From IMG/VR virus record IMGVR_UViG_3300021400_000128, positions 32,001 to 96,000 of that record: a stretch of DNA of 64,000 nucleotides, one strand, 5' to 3'. Under the pieces are notes generated by a model. It was not told where the DNA came from, made no database searches, and worked only from the letters and a program-made list of their open reading frames with translations. How positions within the stretch are numbered: position 1 is the first letter of the stretch; the number at the start of each line of letters is the position of its first letter. Below, in pieces: positions 30,479-39,788 of this stretch. The translations under genes were made by a program, and so were the position numbers. Source of the DNA: a virus. Its lineage: Duplodnaviria > Caudoviricetes.

Positions 30479-30934
30479 TTACGCTGTTAATTTTTTAAGA
30501 GCAGTATTGTATTTTTCAATCCTCATTTCATTCCATTGTTTTTCCTTATCATTGGCAGGAGGAGTTAATCTTGTTTTATCTAAGTTGTGCTGAAGATCCG
30601 CAATTTTTACTTTTAAAGCCAATGGATTATTTTTGATAGCAGGGATGTAAACTTCCAGATAATCATCCTTTTCATCATGTGTCAGTAGTTTAATTGCGTC
30701 AATGATCTGCGGAGGAAATTGCATAGCAAGTTCTTTCAATGTCATATCCGTATCTTCTGCATCTTCAGCGACATCATGCAACAATGCAACACAAATAGCA
30801 TATTCATCATTTCCCATTTGCTCCGCTAAGTGATAAGGATGAAATATATAAGGCACCCCGGACTTATCTTGAGCTCCATGATGCTTTTCATATGCAATAT
30901 TCATGGCTTTTCTCGTTAGATTTGTATAAATCAT
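30479..30934 (-). CDS. HD-domain small alarmone hydrolase (Mesh1/SAH-like)
   Basis: HHGAQDKSGVPYIFHP...ALLHDVAED...VKIADLQHN. Confidence 0.88.
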   Translation of the reverse strand: MIYTNLTRKAMNIAYEKHHGAQDKSGVPYIFHPYHLAEQMGNDEYAICVALLHDVAEDAEDTDMTLKELAMQFPPQIIDAIKLLTHDEKDDYLEVYIPAIKNNPLALKVKIADLQHNLDKTRLTPPANDKEKQWNEMRIEKYNTALKKLTA

Positions 30935-30966
30935 AAGCTTCCTTGTTGAAGTTTTTATATATTATT

Positions 30967-31155
30967 TTATGCAAAAACCTTCATTTCCGTCAGAATTTGC
31001 AATACATCAGAAATTCCTTCAGCATACCCTGCAGCGAAGGTTTTCTTCTGCTCATCTGTGATAGGTACAATAATTTCGTTGAAAAGATCATTTTCTCGAC
31101 TCAACATTTCGCTGAGAATAGAGGTAAGTTCATTTAAATAATTATTGTTATTCAT
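30967..31155 (-). CDS. Small early hypothetical protein
   Basis: First gene after an early cassette (MNNNNYL). Confidence 0.65.
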   Translation of the reverse strand: MNNNNYLNELTSILSEMLSRENDLFNEIIVPITDEQKKTFAAGYAEGISDVLQILTEMKVFA

Positions 31156-31160
31156 AATAG

Positions 31161-31256
31161 CCTCCATGATTCAAACAAATTGTTTTTCAACTTACATCAA
31201 TTATTATACATGATAATTATATATTTGTCAATGTTTAATATTATTTTTATTACATT
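31161..31256 (-). promoter_or_regulatory. Early promoter cassette 3
   Basis: AATGT-N17-ACATTGACA-N17-TATAAT...ATGTAAGTTGA...TTTGAATCATGGAGG. Confidence 0.85.
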
Positions 31257-31302
31257 ACAATCATAAAAAAAACACGGTTCTCCGTGTCTTTTTTTTACAT
31301 TT

Positions 31303-31512
31303 CTATTTTTCAATCTCTTCTACATACTTCCAAAAATCCATAAATTGTTTACCTGGAAGTCCAGTTCCCATTGCAGATTGATCAATGAGATATTTGACAT
31401 CTTCCCGATCTTCTTTTGATAGTTTTGAATATTCTTCACGCCATTTCTTTGACAAAGGATTTTTTAATAACCCTGCTGCAACCTGATTTACACTTGCCAT
31501 TTTATACCTCAT
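31303..31512 (-). CDS. Small partner (putative immunity) of 31515..32612
   Basis: Directly downstream of the effector and followed by a terminator at about 31270-31296. Confidence 0.55.
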   Translation of the reverse strand: MRYKMASVNQVAAGLLKNPLSKKWREEYSKLSKEDREDVKYLIDQSAMGTGLPGKQFMDFWKYVEEIEK

Positions 31513-31514
31513 TT

Positions 31515-32612
31515 CTAAAACAATCTATTTTCTGCAATCACAGCCGCTCTATCAAGCACAACTGTATATCCGTTAGAAACTTCAATTACATTGTAACCAG
31601 CCGCTAATGCAATTAAAGCTTCCTGATTACCAACAGCTTTTTGAAGTGCGGGGGAGAACTTTTGCCTTATGCTCTGCAAATCATCATACTTTACAACTTT
31701 TGCTGTTTGAGGATTCAATACTGCATTCATTGAAAGACGACCATACCCCGTATTGCTTCCATAACTATGTGCGAAATAAGTACCTTCACCATAAACACTT
31801 CCGCCTTTTCTGCCGGCAATATAATTATAATCGCTTGTTCGGAAGGCATCAAAAGTGTTTGGATTATCAGCAGATCTCGTAAGTAATTGGCTCTTTGGAA
31901 TATTGTTATCTTTCATAAATTTATTAAATTCTTTTGTGTCCAATACAGTTGGTTTATCGTTTAATCCTAAATCATAGACAACTTTCTGAACTCGACTTTC
32001 ACCGCCTTTTTGTAATGGTGTAGGTAATCTCGTAATATCGCCTTTTGTTCCCATGGATGTGATTATTGCTGATGCTTTTTCGTCATCTGTCATATTCATA
32101 AATTTATTATATTGAGAATTATTATTGGAATTAGACCTTTGTTGTCTCAAAGTTTTCTTGTATTCAGAAAAACTTTGAGTCAGCATCTTACGAGCAGCAT
32201 CAGATAATGTTCCGTCTTCACTATGTAAAGATCCATCAGTTAAATCAATATATGTTTTCTTTCCATATAAATCATCAGAAGCATTCAATGAAGATGCATT
32301 AATATATAGCCTGTCTTTTCCGTGTTTTGTCCAACGCTTAAATCCGGCACGTTCTAATTGACTGATAAGATTAGTATCCTTGTTTGTTAACAAACCTGTA
32401 ATTTCTTTGTTACGTTGATCTACCAATCTTTGTGCTCCGCGTCCCCTTGCGTTTTGCTGCGCAGTCGCTTGTGCCTTCAATTTCCGTTTATAGTTGGTTA
32501 TTCTGATATATTTTCTTTTCATTGATGGCTTGCCATTATCACGTAATATTGGATTGCCGTTTTCGTCTTTTCTGATTACCATTACTGTTTTATAATCTCG
32601 TCCTCCACCCAT
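31515..32612 (-). CDS. MGG-leader protein with a putative ADP-ribosyltransferase-like C-terminal domain
   Basis: MGGGRDYK leader; LLTRS...GGSVYGEGTYFA...GYNVI...VVLDRAAV resembles PARP/ART-like folds; immediately after portal. Confidence 0.6.
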   Translation of the reverse strand: MGGGRDYKTVMVIRKDENGNPILRDNGKPSMKRKYIRITNYKRKLKAQATAQQNARGRGAQRLVDQRNKEITGLLTNKDTNLISQLERAGFKRWTKHGKDRLYINASSLNASDDLYGKKTYIDLTDGSLHSEDGTLSDAARKMLTQSFSEYKKTLRQQRSNSNNNSQYNKFMNMTDDEKASAIITSMGTKGDITRLPTPLQKGGESRVQKVVYDLGLNDKPTVLDTKEFNKFMKDNNIPKSQLLTRSADNPNTFDAFRTSDYNYIAGRKGGSVYGEGTYFAHSYGSNTGYGRLSMNAVLNPQTAKVVKYDDLQSIRQKFSPALQKAVGNQEALIALAAGYNVIEVSNGYTVVLDRAAVIAENRLF

Positions 32613-32624
32613 ATTTCACCTCAC

Positions 32625-34331
32625 TTAAAATGGAACATTATTAATATCAATCTCTGAATTTTCGTCCGGTTCTAATTCGTCAGGTGTTTCATCTTCCTGT
32701 TGATTACTTTCCCGATCAAATCCGAACTGAGCATTTTTCATTTGCTCATTCTGTGACATCTGCTTTTCAAACGCTTCGTCTGACATAGCATCATTCTGTT
32801 CTTTGATCTCAGCGATCCGCTCTTTGGATTCCTCTACCGTCTCATACGGGAACAGATATTGCCGTATCTCTTCCTGACCGACCACCCCGGCTTCAAGTCC
32901 TTTCATTAGTTCATCCAGTGTCGGAGTTACGTGCTTCTTTGCTTCTTTTTCGGATTCGCCGTAAAAGTGCATACGGAATTCTGTCTTTGAACGGATACCC
33001 ATTTGTAAATCAGACAGCCACTGTGCGCGCTCTGTATCAGCATCGATGATATAACTGTCATCAGCAATGATGGTAATTTGAGCATCCGGATTCACTTTTT
33101 CATGAAGAATATTTTTGCCGATCCATAGGATTGCCCTGGTTACTTCCTTCAATGCTTTTTCAATGCAAATCATTTCTTTATTTGCATTCTGGATCATTTC
33201 TTGACGTTCACCGATCCACTGTGTAGCCGTTGTACTTGTTATCTGACTTCCTTCCAGAACGTATCGCTTTGCTCCAAGTCCTATACGCATTGAAAACATA
33301 TCAAGCATCTTTTGTACACCGGCTGCATTTTCTGTAACACGAAGCGACGGGTTATATTCCTGATACATTCCGCCATCAAGTATCTTGTCTCCTGCATTAA
33401 TAAACAACTGCTCCCCGGCTTCCTGTGGAGCTTTGATCTTGCCATCTTCATCTGTATTAAACATTGAAGATGACATCAGTACCATTTTTCTGCCGAGTTT
33501 AAAATCTGTGATGAAGTTATCGAATGCGCAGTCAAGACCCTTTAGCACATCTTCTGCACCTGAAATGATAGACACCCCGAAAGGTGAATCGTAATCAAAA
33601 ATGTTGACACCGGATTTTCGGATCAATGAGAACCAGGGAAAGGGGCTTCCGGTATGAACTAACTGTCCGTAGCCTTCCTGTTCGATATTGACACCGTACT
33701 TATCCAGATAAAAAGATTCAATATCATACGTTCCTTTGTCATTCAGCAAATGGATTGATACAAGAGAAACTTCCTCACCGTTCATGATTCTGTCTGAAAC
33801 AAAAGCTGCTTCTCGCATAATGGAATTGTCATAGCTGATAGGAATAATTTGTTCGGCGGATAAGTAATTTATCCCGATACTGGCTCCGTCCACAAGGTTT
33901 TCACTCTTCTCAGTGATTTTCATTTTTCGGACATAAACCTCAAACGCCCCTGTTCCGCTCCATCTGGATGTAGTAACAAGCTCGTTTGCATTACGCCAGA
34001 AGTCATTTTCACCGAACACGCCGCTGATTTCATCTTTACCCATGACAAATTCATTTGAAGCTTCATCATCGATAACGATACGGGTTTTTTCATTCAGGAG
34101 GATGGATGCCCAATCTTCGGCACCTTTCAGGAGCATATTGGTTCTGTGTCGTTTTACTTTTTGATAACTATCATTATCATTCAGATCCATTTTCTTTTCA
34201 TATTCATGGAATCCTCTAACATTACCTTCCAACCAGTTCCGCCATTCCGCAACTTTATCGTACATCACGGATTTTTTAACATCCTTGTTGTACTTTCTGT
34301 TAATATAGTCAATTACGTTCTGATAGTTCAT
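32625..34331 (-). CDS. Portal protein (A118/SPP1-like)
   Basis: WASILLNEK, SPFGVSI, DFKLGRK, YNPSLR, TATQ, DDSYIID, FRMHFYGESEKEA. Confidence 0.92.
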   Translation of the reverse strand: MNYQNVIDYINRKYNKDVKKSVMYDKVAEWRNWLEGNVRGFHEYEKKMDLNDNDSYQKVKRHRTNMLLKGAEDWASILLNEKTRIVIDDEASNEFVMGKDEISGVFGENDFWRNANELVTTSRWSGTGAFEVYVRKMKITEKSENLVDGASIGINYLSAEQIIPISYDNSIMREAAFVSDRIMNGEEVSLVSIHLLNDKGTYDIESFYLDKYGVNIEQEGYGQLVHTGSPFPWFSLIRKSGVNIFDYDSPFGVSIISGAEDVLKGLDCAFDNFITDFKLGRKMVLMSSSMFNTDEDGKIKAPQEAGEQLFINAGDKILDGGMYQEYNPSLRVTENAAGVQKMLDMFSMRIGLGAKRYVLEGSQITSTTATQWIGERQEMIQNANKEMICIEKALKEVTRAILWIGKNILHEKVNPDAQITIIADDSYIIDADTERAQWLSDLQMGIRSKTEFRMHFYGESEKEAKKHVTPTLDELMKGLEAGVVGQEEIRQYLFPYETVEESKERIAEIKEQNDAMSDEAFEKQMSQNEQMKNAQFGFDRESNQQEDETPDELEPDENSEIDINNVPF

Positions 34332-34344
34332 TTATCCTCTTTGG

Positions 34345-35055
34345 TCAGGGTTGAATATCTCCCGCTGAAATCCATTTTGTACTCCCATCTTTCCATTGCA
34401 TGAGAAAATTATAGGAAACAACTTTCATCATATTTCCGTCAAGATCAGGTATTTCATATACGTTTCCATTGACTTTTAATACTGTTCCTTCCTCTCCTTT
34501 CGGATAGTAGACAGGATTCATTGTGTCATACCAACCGGCTTTAACATCATTCTTTAGCTTCACTTGTTTGCCTGCAAACTTCTTTTGTAATTCTTTCAAT
34601 TTTTCATTTACGGTAATCATTTTTGATGCTTTTAGAAATGAGGCGTTTCGGATTTTCGTTACCTTTTCAGGTGAATTTTTTGCTATTTCGAGAAGTATTT
34701 TTCGAATTCTCGATAATTGTTGCTGATTTTCACCCGTTCCAAAGTCTCCGTTTTTTAATTTTTTATCTAACCCGATAACGGCATTTTTATCTCTTTTATC
34801 AATAGCACGTAAATATTGCAGAACAGCTCTTTGCATTAAAGGTCTCTCATTTACGATCACAGCATCTTTATCATTACTGCCATGAATATTATCGAAATAT
34901 GTCATAACAGAATCAGGATTTATAGGTTGATTAATAATTTCAGAAATCAGTCTGTTGGCTTCTTTTTCATTGTCTTTATACGATCCGACACGTACATATT
35001 TACCATTCACTCGCTTATAAAGTGCCGCACCTGCATTATCACGTCCGCCGCCCAT
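34345..35055 (-). CDS. MGG-leader protein of unknown function
   Basis: Start refined to MGGGRDNAG (GGTG RBS); directly upstream of portal. Confidence 0.65.
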   Translation of the reverse strand: MGGGRDNAGAALYKRVNGKYVRVGSYKDNEKEANRLISEIINQPINPDSVMTYFDNIHGSNDKDAVIVNERPLMQRAVLQYLRAIDKRDKNAVIGLDKKLKNGDFGTGENQQQLSRIRKILLEIAKNSPEKVTKIRNASFLKASKMITVNEKLKELQKKFAGKQVKLKNDVKAGWYDTMNPVYYPKGEEGTVLKVNGNVYEIPDLDGNMMKVVSYNFLMQWKDGSTKWISAGDIQP

Positions 35056-35056
35056 G

Positions 35057-35533
35057 TCACCACCCCACATCTAATCCTGGAAATCTGCTCATTTCTGAAT
35101 CAAATCTTGTTGACTGCGTTATCGTGTTTCCGTTTTTGTCTTTAAATGAAAAAGTCAAATCCATAGCTCCATTGTTGATGGTGGAGCTTTGAATCGTTAT
35201 TCCATATTCTGAAAGAAGCTTTCTTAACATTTGCGGGTGTTCAAACAGTTGAGATAATGCTATTCTCATATCGTTGTATTTCGGTTGTATTTGTGAATTA
35301 TTCTGCTGATCGATTCCCGTGTATTCGTTTCGGGCAGTCTTGTTTATTGTTACAACCATGTTTTTGTCTCTTGCTTGTGTAGCCGCTGCGATTCCTGCAA
35401 TATACTCATACGCAGTTCCTTCGTAAACTCCACCACGACCTTGGAATGAGTGCTCCGCGAGAAATTCATCGATTGCGTTCCTTGCGGTCTGTTGTGTCTT
35501 TTTACCGTCTCTATATTCTGCACTTCCGCCCAT
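35057..35533 (-). CDS. MGG-leader protein of unknown function
   Basis: MGGSAEYRDGKK; first gene after leader 6. Confidence 0.65.
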   Translation of the reverse strand: MGGSAEYRDGKKTQQTARNAIDEFLAEHSFQGRGGVYEGTAYEYIAGIAAATQARDKNMVVTINKTARNEYTGIDQQNNSQIQPKYNDMRIALSQLFEHPQMLRKLLSEYGITIQSSTINNGAMDLTFSFKDKNGNTITQSTRFDSEMSRFPGLDVGW

Positions 35534-35544
35534 ATGTCACCGCC

Positions 35545-35604
35545 TTAAATAAAAAAAGGCACCTGTATGTACAAAGTGCCTTCTTAGGGTCTGTTTTTAT
35601 TATA
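35545..35604 (-). promoter_or_regulatory. Late-leader element 6, upstream of the portal operon
   Basis: TATAAT-N6-AGACCCTAAGAAGGCACTTTGTAC-atacag-GTGCCTT, then a T-tract. Confidence 0.85.
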
Positions 35605-35648
35605 ATTGATTTTGTTGTTATATGACTATTTATATTTACCGGAGCATT

Positions 35649-36308
35649 TTATGATTTTTTCGTCCATTGGCCGAGAATATATCGTTGATAGTCAGCTCCG
35701 ATATACATTGATTTGTATGATTCTTTTATGGTGTCTGGAATGTATTGATTGTCATCTATTGAAAAGTTGAGATATAGTGCATTCTTTTCAGAAGATTTTG
35801 TGATCCATTCTCTGAAAAACCAATTCGATTTATCAAGTGGGGTTGTGTTGAACCAGTATCGAGAATTCTTTATTGAGCTGCACCCAATAATATTTTCAAC
35901 AAATGATTTTGGTGTCAAGGGTGCTTGATCGAAAAAGGCCCCTGCAAAATTGAAATATTGTGCTTTTTTCACTGAATCATCATCGTGTGAATTGAACAGG
36001 TAGAATTGATTTGCAGTTTTATGTTTCTTGATTAGAACGTATCTCTGTTCTCTGTTGAAATCCATATTGTATTGAGTTTTTAATTCAGCATTCGATATGA
36101 TTTGTGACACAATATTTTTACTGCACGTTTGATAACTTAATCCACATAATGCAAAATCGTTATTATCAAAATTTTTCATTGCCCATTTGATAAATGTTTC
36201 GAGGATGATGGTGCTTTTTCCCGAATGAACCGCTCCGTCACATATCAGGGTTTTGAATTTTGTGTTCGGAAAATCAAGGATCTTTTTCTGTTTTTCACTT
36301 AGCTGCAT
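35649..36308 (-). CDS. Terminase large-subunit ATPase-domain paralogue, nuclease-less, with degenerate catalytic motifs
   Basis: Colinear with the TerL N-terminal half: GAVHSGKS vs GAIRSGKT, FFDQAP vs MFDEVA; ends at QRYILGQW. Confidence 0.8.
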   Translation of the reverse strand: MQLSEKQKKILDFPNTKFKTLICDGAVHSGKSTIILETFIKWAMKNFDNNDFALCGLSYQTCSKNIVSQIISNAELKTQYNMDFNREQRYVLIKKHKTANQFYLFNSHDDDSVKKAQYFNFAGAFFDQAPLTPKSFVENIIGCSSIKNSRYWFNTTPLDKSNWFFREWITKSSEKNALYLNFSIDDNQYIPDTIKESYKSMYIGADYQRYILGQWTKKS

Positions 36309-36345
36309 TGTTTTCTCCATTATTGTATTTCGCGCCAGGAGTGAA

Positions 36346-37584
36346 CTACTCGGCCATAAATGACCGAGCTTCTTGCTTCATCGCTGCGTCTTGCTGTTGA
36401 AAACGTATTTTCGAACAGTAGAGGGCGCGGGCTCCACAAGCGTTATTGGTTTGGCCAGTTCCTGACCTACCATTATTCAAAAGGAATTGTCTAATTCCTT
36501 CGTTTCTAATATTGACAGCAGCATTGATATCACGGTCATGATGTGTTCGGCAGTTATTACAAACCCATTGACGGATACGTAGATCTTTCACTTCTGGATG
36601 TAATGAGCCGCAAACTGAACAGGTTTGTGAGGATGGGTACCATTTATTGATCCGTATAAGGACTTTTCCCCTGTCTTGTAACTTATAATCTAAAAAGTTC
36701 AGAAACATTCCATAACCATTATCAAGTGTCACTTTTCCGTTACCAAAGCCTTTATTAGACATTGCTTTCATATTCAGATCTTCAACACAGACCATGTCAT
36801 ACTGATTGGCTATCTCAGCAGATTTCTTGTGAAGAAAATCGCTTCTTTGGTTTGCTATATGTCTATGTACTTTTGCAATTTTTAATTTTGTTTTTTTATA
36901 ATTATTGCTTCCTTTCGTTTTATGCCGTAATTTCCTTTGTGCGTGAGTTAGCCGCTTTTGCCCTTTTCGGAAGTATTTCGGTGATCCACAAGTATTTCCA
37001 TTGGAATCAGTATATAAACCATCCGATTTATAATCGAGACCAATTGCATTCAATTCTGGCTCGGTAACAGACCTTTTATCAGAATCATACTCAAACAAAA
37101 CTGAACAGAAATATTTTCCATCATTTGTCATAGAGACGGTTGCAGATTTTAGTTTCCATCCGTCATCAGGATATCTATGAAGAATAGCTTTTACCTTTCC
37201 GATTTTTGGTAATCGTATCTTTTTATTTTCAAAATCAAGGGATACTGTTCCATTTTGATTATTAGTTGTATATGAATCCCGAGATTTCTTTTTTGATTTG
37301 AATTTTGGGCGTCCGGTTCCTTTTGCAGTGAAAAATCGTTTGTACGCATCCTGTAAATTAAGCTGAACATTTGCCAATGCTAATGAATCCACTTCACGAA
37401 GATATGGGTATTCATCTTTATACATAGCAGGGGTTGGTTTTACAATGGATTTATCCTTTTTATAAGCATTTTCCCGTGTTGCAAGCATCAAATTCCAGAT
37501 TTTCCGACAACATCCAAAGGTCTTTGCAAATAAGACTTTCTGTTCATCGTTTGGATATATTTGATATTTGATAGCTCTGTTCAT
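36346..37584 (-). CDS. tnpB: TnpB RNA-guided endonuclease
   Basis: HTH N-terminus, IGLD, VEDL, SSQTCSVCG Zn ribbon, HDRDINAAVNI. Confidence 0.95.
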   Translation of the reverse strand: MNRAIKYQIYPNDEQKVLFAKTFGCCRKIWNLMLATRENAYKKDKSIVKPTPAMYKDEYPYLREVDSLALANVQLNLQDAYKRFFTAKGTGRPKFKSKKKSRDSYTTNNQNGTVSLDFENKKIRLPKIGKVKAILHRYPDDGWKLKSATVSMTNDGKYFCSVLFEYDSDKRSVTEPELNAIGLDYKSDGLYTDSNGNTCGSPKYFRKGQKRLTHAQRKLRHKTKGSNNYKKTKLKIAKVHRHIANQRSDFLHKKSAEIANQYDMVCVEDLNMKAMSNKGFGNGKVTLDNGYGMFLNFLDYKLQDRGKVLIRINKWYPSSQTCSVCGSLHPEVKDLRIRQWVCNNCRTHHDRDINAAVNIRNEGIRQFLLNNGRSGTGQTNNACGARALYCSKIRFQQQDAAMKQEARSFMAE

Positions 37585-37994
37585 ATTTGTACGTTGTTCT
37601 GTCTTTCGATATATTTGAGTATATTTTCTTCACTGGTAGAGCCAATTGTCTCCACAAAATAGCTACCATTCCAAAGGTGTCCTTTCCAGAGTTTGTTCTT
37701 TATTTCGGGAAATTCAAGCAATAGATGACGACCAGATATCCCTTTTAACCATCGGACAATATCTGTCACGGATAATTTGGGAGGCGAAGATACAAAACAG
37801 TGGACATGATCCATCTCCCCAACTTTCGCTTCAATGACACTAAATCCTTTTTCGTTTCCTATTTCTGCAAGTAGATCATATAATCTTTCGGAAATATTTT
37901 CATTCAATACTTTTCGACGATATTTTGTACACCAAATAATATGATAGTTGATGTTATAAACACATGTTCGTCCGTGAGTGTATTTGTTTGACAT
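37581..37994 (-). CDS. tnpA: IS200 Y1 transposase
   Basis: YHIIWCTKYRRKVL, DHVH, LWNGSYFVETIG, YIERQ. Confidence 0.95.
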   Translation of the reverse strand: MSNKYTHGRTCVYNINYHIIWCTKYRRKVLNENISERLYDLLAEIGNEKGFSVIEAKVGEMDHVHCFVSSPPKLSVTDIVRWLKGISGRHLLLEFPEIKNKLWKGHLWNGSYFVETIGSTSEENILKYIERQNNVQI

Positions 37995-38169
37995 ACATAT
38001 AGTATATCATACTATATGAGATAATTCAAATATAAGCAGGCTCAAAAATAGACTACACATAGTCAACGCTTTCATCTCCCACATGAATGAGGGAGAATTC
38101 CCGCGTCACCCTCAATTAAAAATTTTAGACTTTTCTATATTAAGCGAACATCTTTACATCTTGTAAGAA

Positions 38170-38198
38170 AAAAGCCCTCAGTTTAACGCTGTGAGCTT
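38170..38198 (-). terminator. Terminator after terL
   Basis: AGCTCACAG-cgttaaa-CTGAGGGCT-TTTTT. Confidence 0.65.
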
Positions 38199-38208
38199 AA
38201 TTTCGATA

Positions 38209-39489
38209 TCATGCCGTTCCTCTTACGCCCATATTGTCAATAAACTTTTCCCACGCGTATTCTTCTGCATCGGCAACATCATTGACCTTTGGTTCGTTAT
38301 CTAAACGAACATCTTTATTTGGCTTGCTTTCATCCCAAACCTGATTCTGCGTGGAGAATATCACCATCTCACACCATTTCATGACGTGCCATTTCCCCTG
38401 GTTCAGCATCCTTTGTTTAGCGTATATCCGTGTATTAATTGATTCTTTTCTTGCAATCGTTACACCAATCGGCACGCCTGCTCGTTTGATTGCTGCATAA
38501 ATCCCGTGTGTCAGTGTTTCAGGTTGATCTGTCCAACAATATGTAGGTTTTATTTCTCTGTCCTTATAAATCCATTGGTATTTCTTGATACACTTCTTTG
38601 CAAAGTCAACGAAATCGGTTTCAATTCCATCCGGAGCAACACCTGTGCTGTCTCGCATGAATTCTTCAAGAACAACCACGCCATTTCCTTTATCCATGAT
38701 CCCGCAGCAGATAAATACCGTATTAGAATGATTTACACCGAAATCAATACCAAAAGTCAGATATTTAATTCCTCTTGGGACTGCATCCAGTATCCAGTTT
38801 TTCGGATTGTTGGCAAACTGAGTAAAGATGACACCTTCAGCTCTCACCCACATTCCGAGAATGTACCGCTGATAGAAGACACCGCTGTACATAGACTTGT
38901 AACGTGCGATAATGTGTTCACTCAAACTTGGGTTATCTTCAAGAAGAAAGTGTAGGTATAAGGCGTTCTTTTCTTCTTTACCAAGTATCCATTCCTGATA
39001 AAACCAGTGATCAGGTTTGTCAGGGTTGCAGTTGAACCAATATTTAGAACCTTCCACGGAGCATCGAGCACAGCCTTGATCCACAAATGATTTTGGCATC
39101 AGGGCAACTTCATCAAACATGATCCCTGCCATCGTAATACCCTGGATCAACTGATAACTTGCTGCATCTCGTCCGCCGTACAAGTAGAAATTATTGACAA
39201 CATCACCTTTGCTGATCTGGAGAAGGTTTTCTGTCCGTCTGAAATGGATGTTGTATCGTTTCTGGGCATAGCGGAGATTAATATATGGCTGTACAATATT
39301 TCGGTTGCATGTAGAAAAGGTTTTCCCGCACAATCCGAAATTGCGTCCATTGAAATTTCGCATTGCCCAATCAACAAAAGCGACGGTCATGATACTTGTC
39401 TTTCCGGAGCGGATGGCTCCATCACAAATCAATGCATCGTAATTTGTGAATGGAAATGCCCGGATCATGTTTTGCTTTTCGCTTAACAA
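38209..39489 (-). CDS. terL: Terminase large subunit (PBSX-like)
   Basis: CDGAIRSGKT Walker A, MFDEVA Walker B, NCNP, GIDFG nuclease and C-terminal DVADAEEY; start refined to the TTG after AGGAG. Confidence 0.93.
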   Translation of the reverse strand: MLSEKQNMIRAFPFTNYDALICDGAIRSGKTSIMTVAFVDWAMRNFNGRNFGLCGKTFSTCNRNIVQPYINLRYAQKRYNIHFRRTENLLQISKGDVVNNFYLYGGRDAASYQLIQGITMAGIMFDEVALMPKSFVDQGCARCSVEGSKYWFNCNPDKPDHWFYQEWILGKEEKNALYLHFLLEDNPSLSEHIIARYKSMYSGVFYQRYILGMWVRAEGVIFTQFANNPKNWILDAVPRGIKYLTFGIDFGVNHSNTVFICCGIMDKGNGVVVLEEFMRDSTGVAPDGIETDFVDFAKKCIKKYQWIYKDREIKPTYCWTDQPETLTHGIYAAIKRAGVPIGVTIARKESINTRIYAKQRMLNQGKWHVMKWCEMVIFSTQNQVWDESKPNKDVRLDNEPKVNDVADAEEYAWEKFIDNMGVRGTA

Positions 39490-39506
39490 TATATACGCAA
39501 GCTCCT

Positions 39507-39567
39507 TTAACAAAAAAAAAGAAGGCACACGATCAAATGTGCCTTCTTAGGGTCTGTTTTTATTATA
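39507..39567 (-). promoter_or_regulatory. Late-leader element 7, upstream of terL
   Basis: TATAAT-N6-AGACCCTAAGAAGGCACA-tttgatcg-TGTGCCTTCTT, then a T-tract. Confidence 0.85.
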
Positions 39568-39574
39568 TCTGATT

Positions 39575-39775
39575 TTAGATATCAGTTGTTAATTCCTCGA
39601 ACAATTGTAGGAATCTCTCGTAGTCTTTTTTGATTTCTTCCGGGGCATCTGGTTTGAGCTTTTTCGTCTTTGAATCCCAATAGGGTTCAAGTTTTTCACC
39701 GAGCTGCTCTATTTCTTTTTCCTTTGCCTGATTTTTTTTCTGATGTTCTTTATATTCTTTTTCAGACTTTATCAT
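39575..39775 (-). CDS. Small partner (putative peptidase inhibitor/immunity)
   Basis: PYWDSKTKKLKPDAPEEIKKDYE; paralogous to 43041..43259. Confidence 0.65.
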   Translation of the reverse strand: MIKSEKEYKEHQKKNQAKEKEIEQLGEKLEPYWDSKTKKLKPDAPEEIKKDYERFLQLFEELTTDI

Positions 39776-39788
39776 AATAATCTCCTCA

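Larger units (their letters stand above)
36341..38115 (-). mobile_element. IS200/IS605-family element (tnpA + tnpB)
   Basis: Left-end hairpin CTCCC...GGGAG at ~38076-38095 after a TTTAA target; right-end hairpin CTCGGTCAT-tt-ATGGCCGAG then TTCAC at 36341. Confidence 0.88.

Noticed and set aside
35649-39489. terL split into two parts by the IS
   Set aside because: terL at 38209..39489 is complete, with ATPase and nuclease domains. The second ORF duplicates the N-terminal half rather than continuing it.
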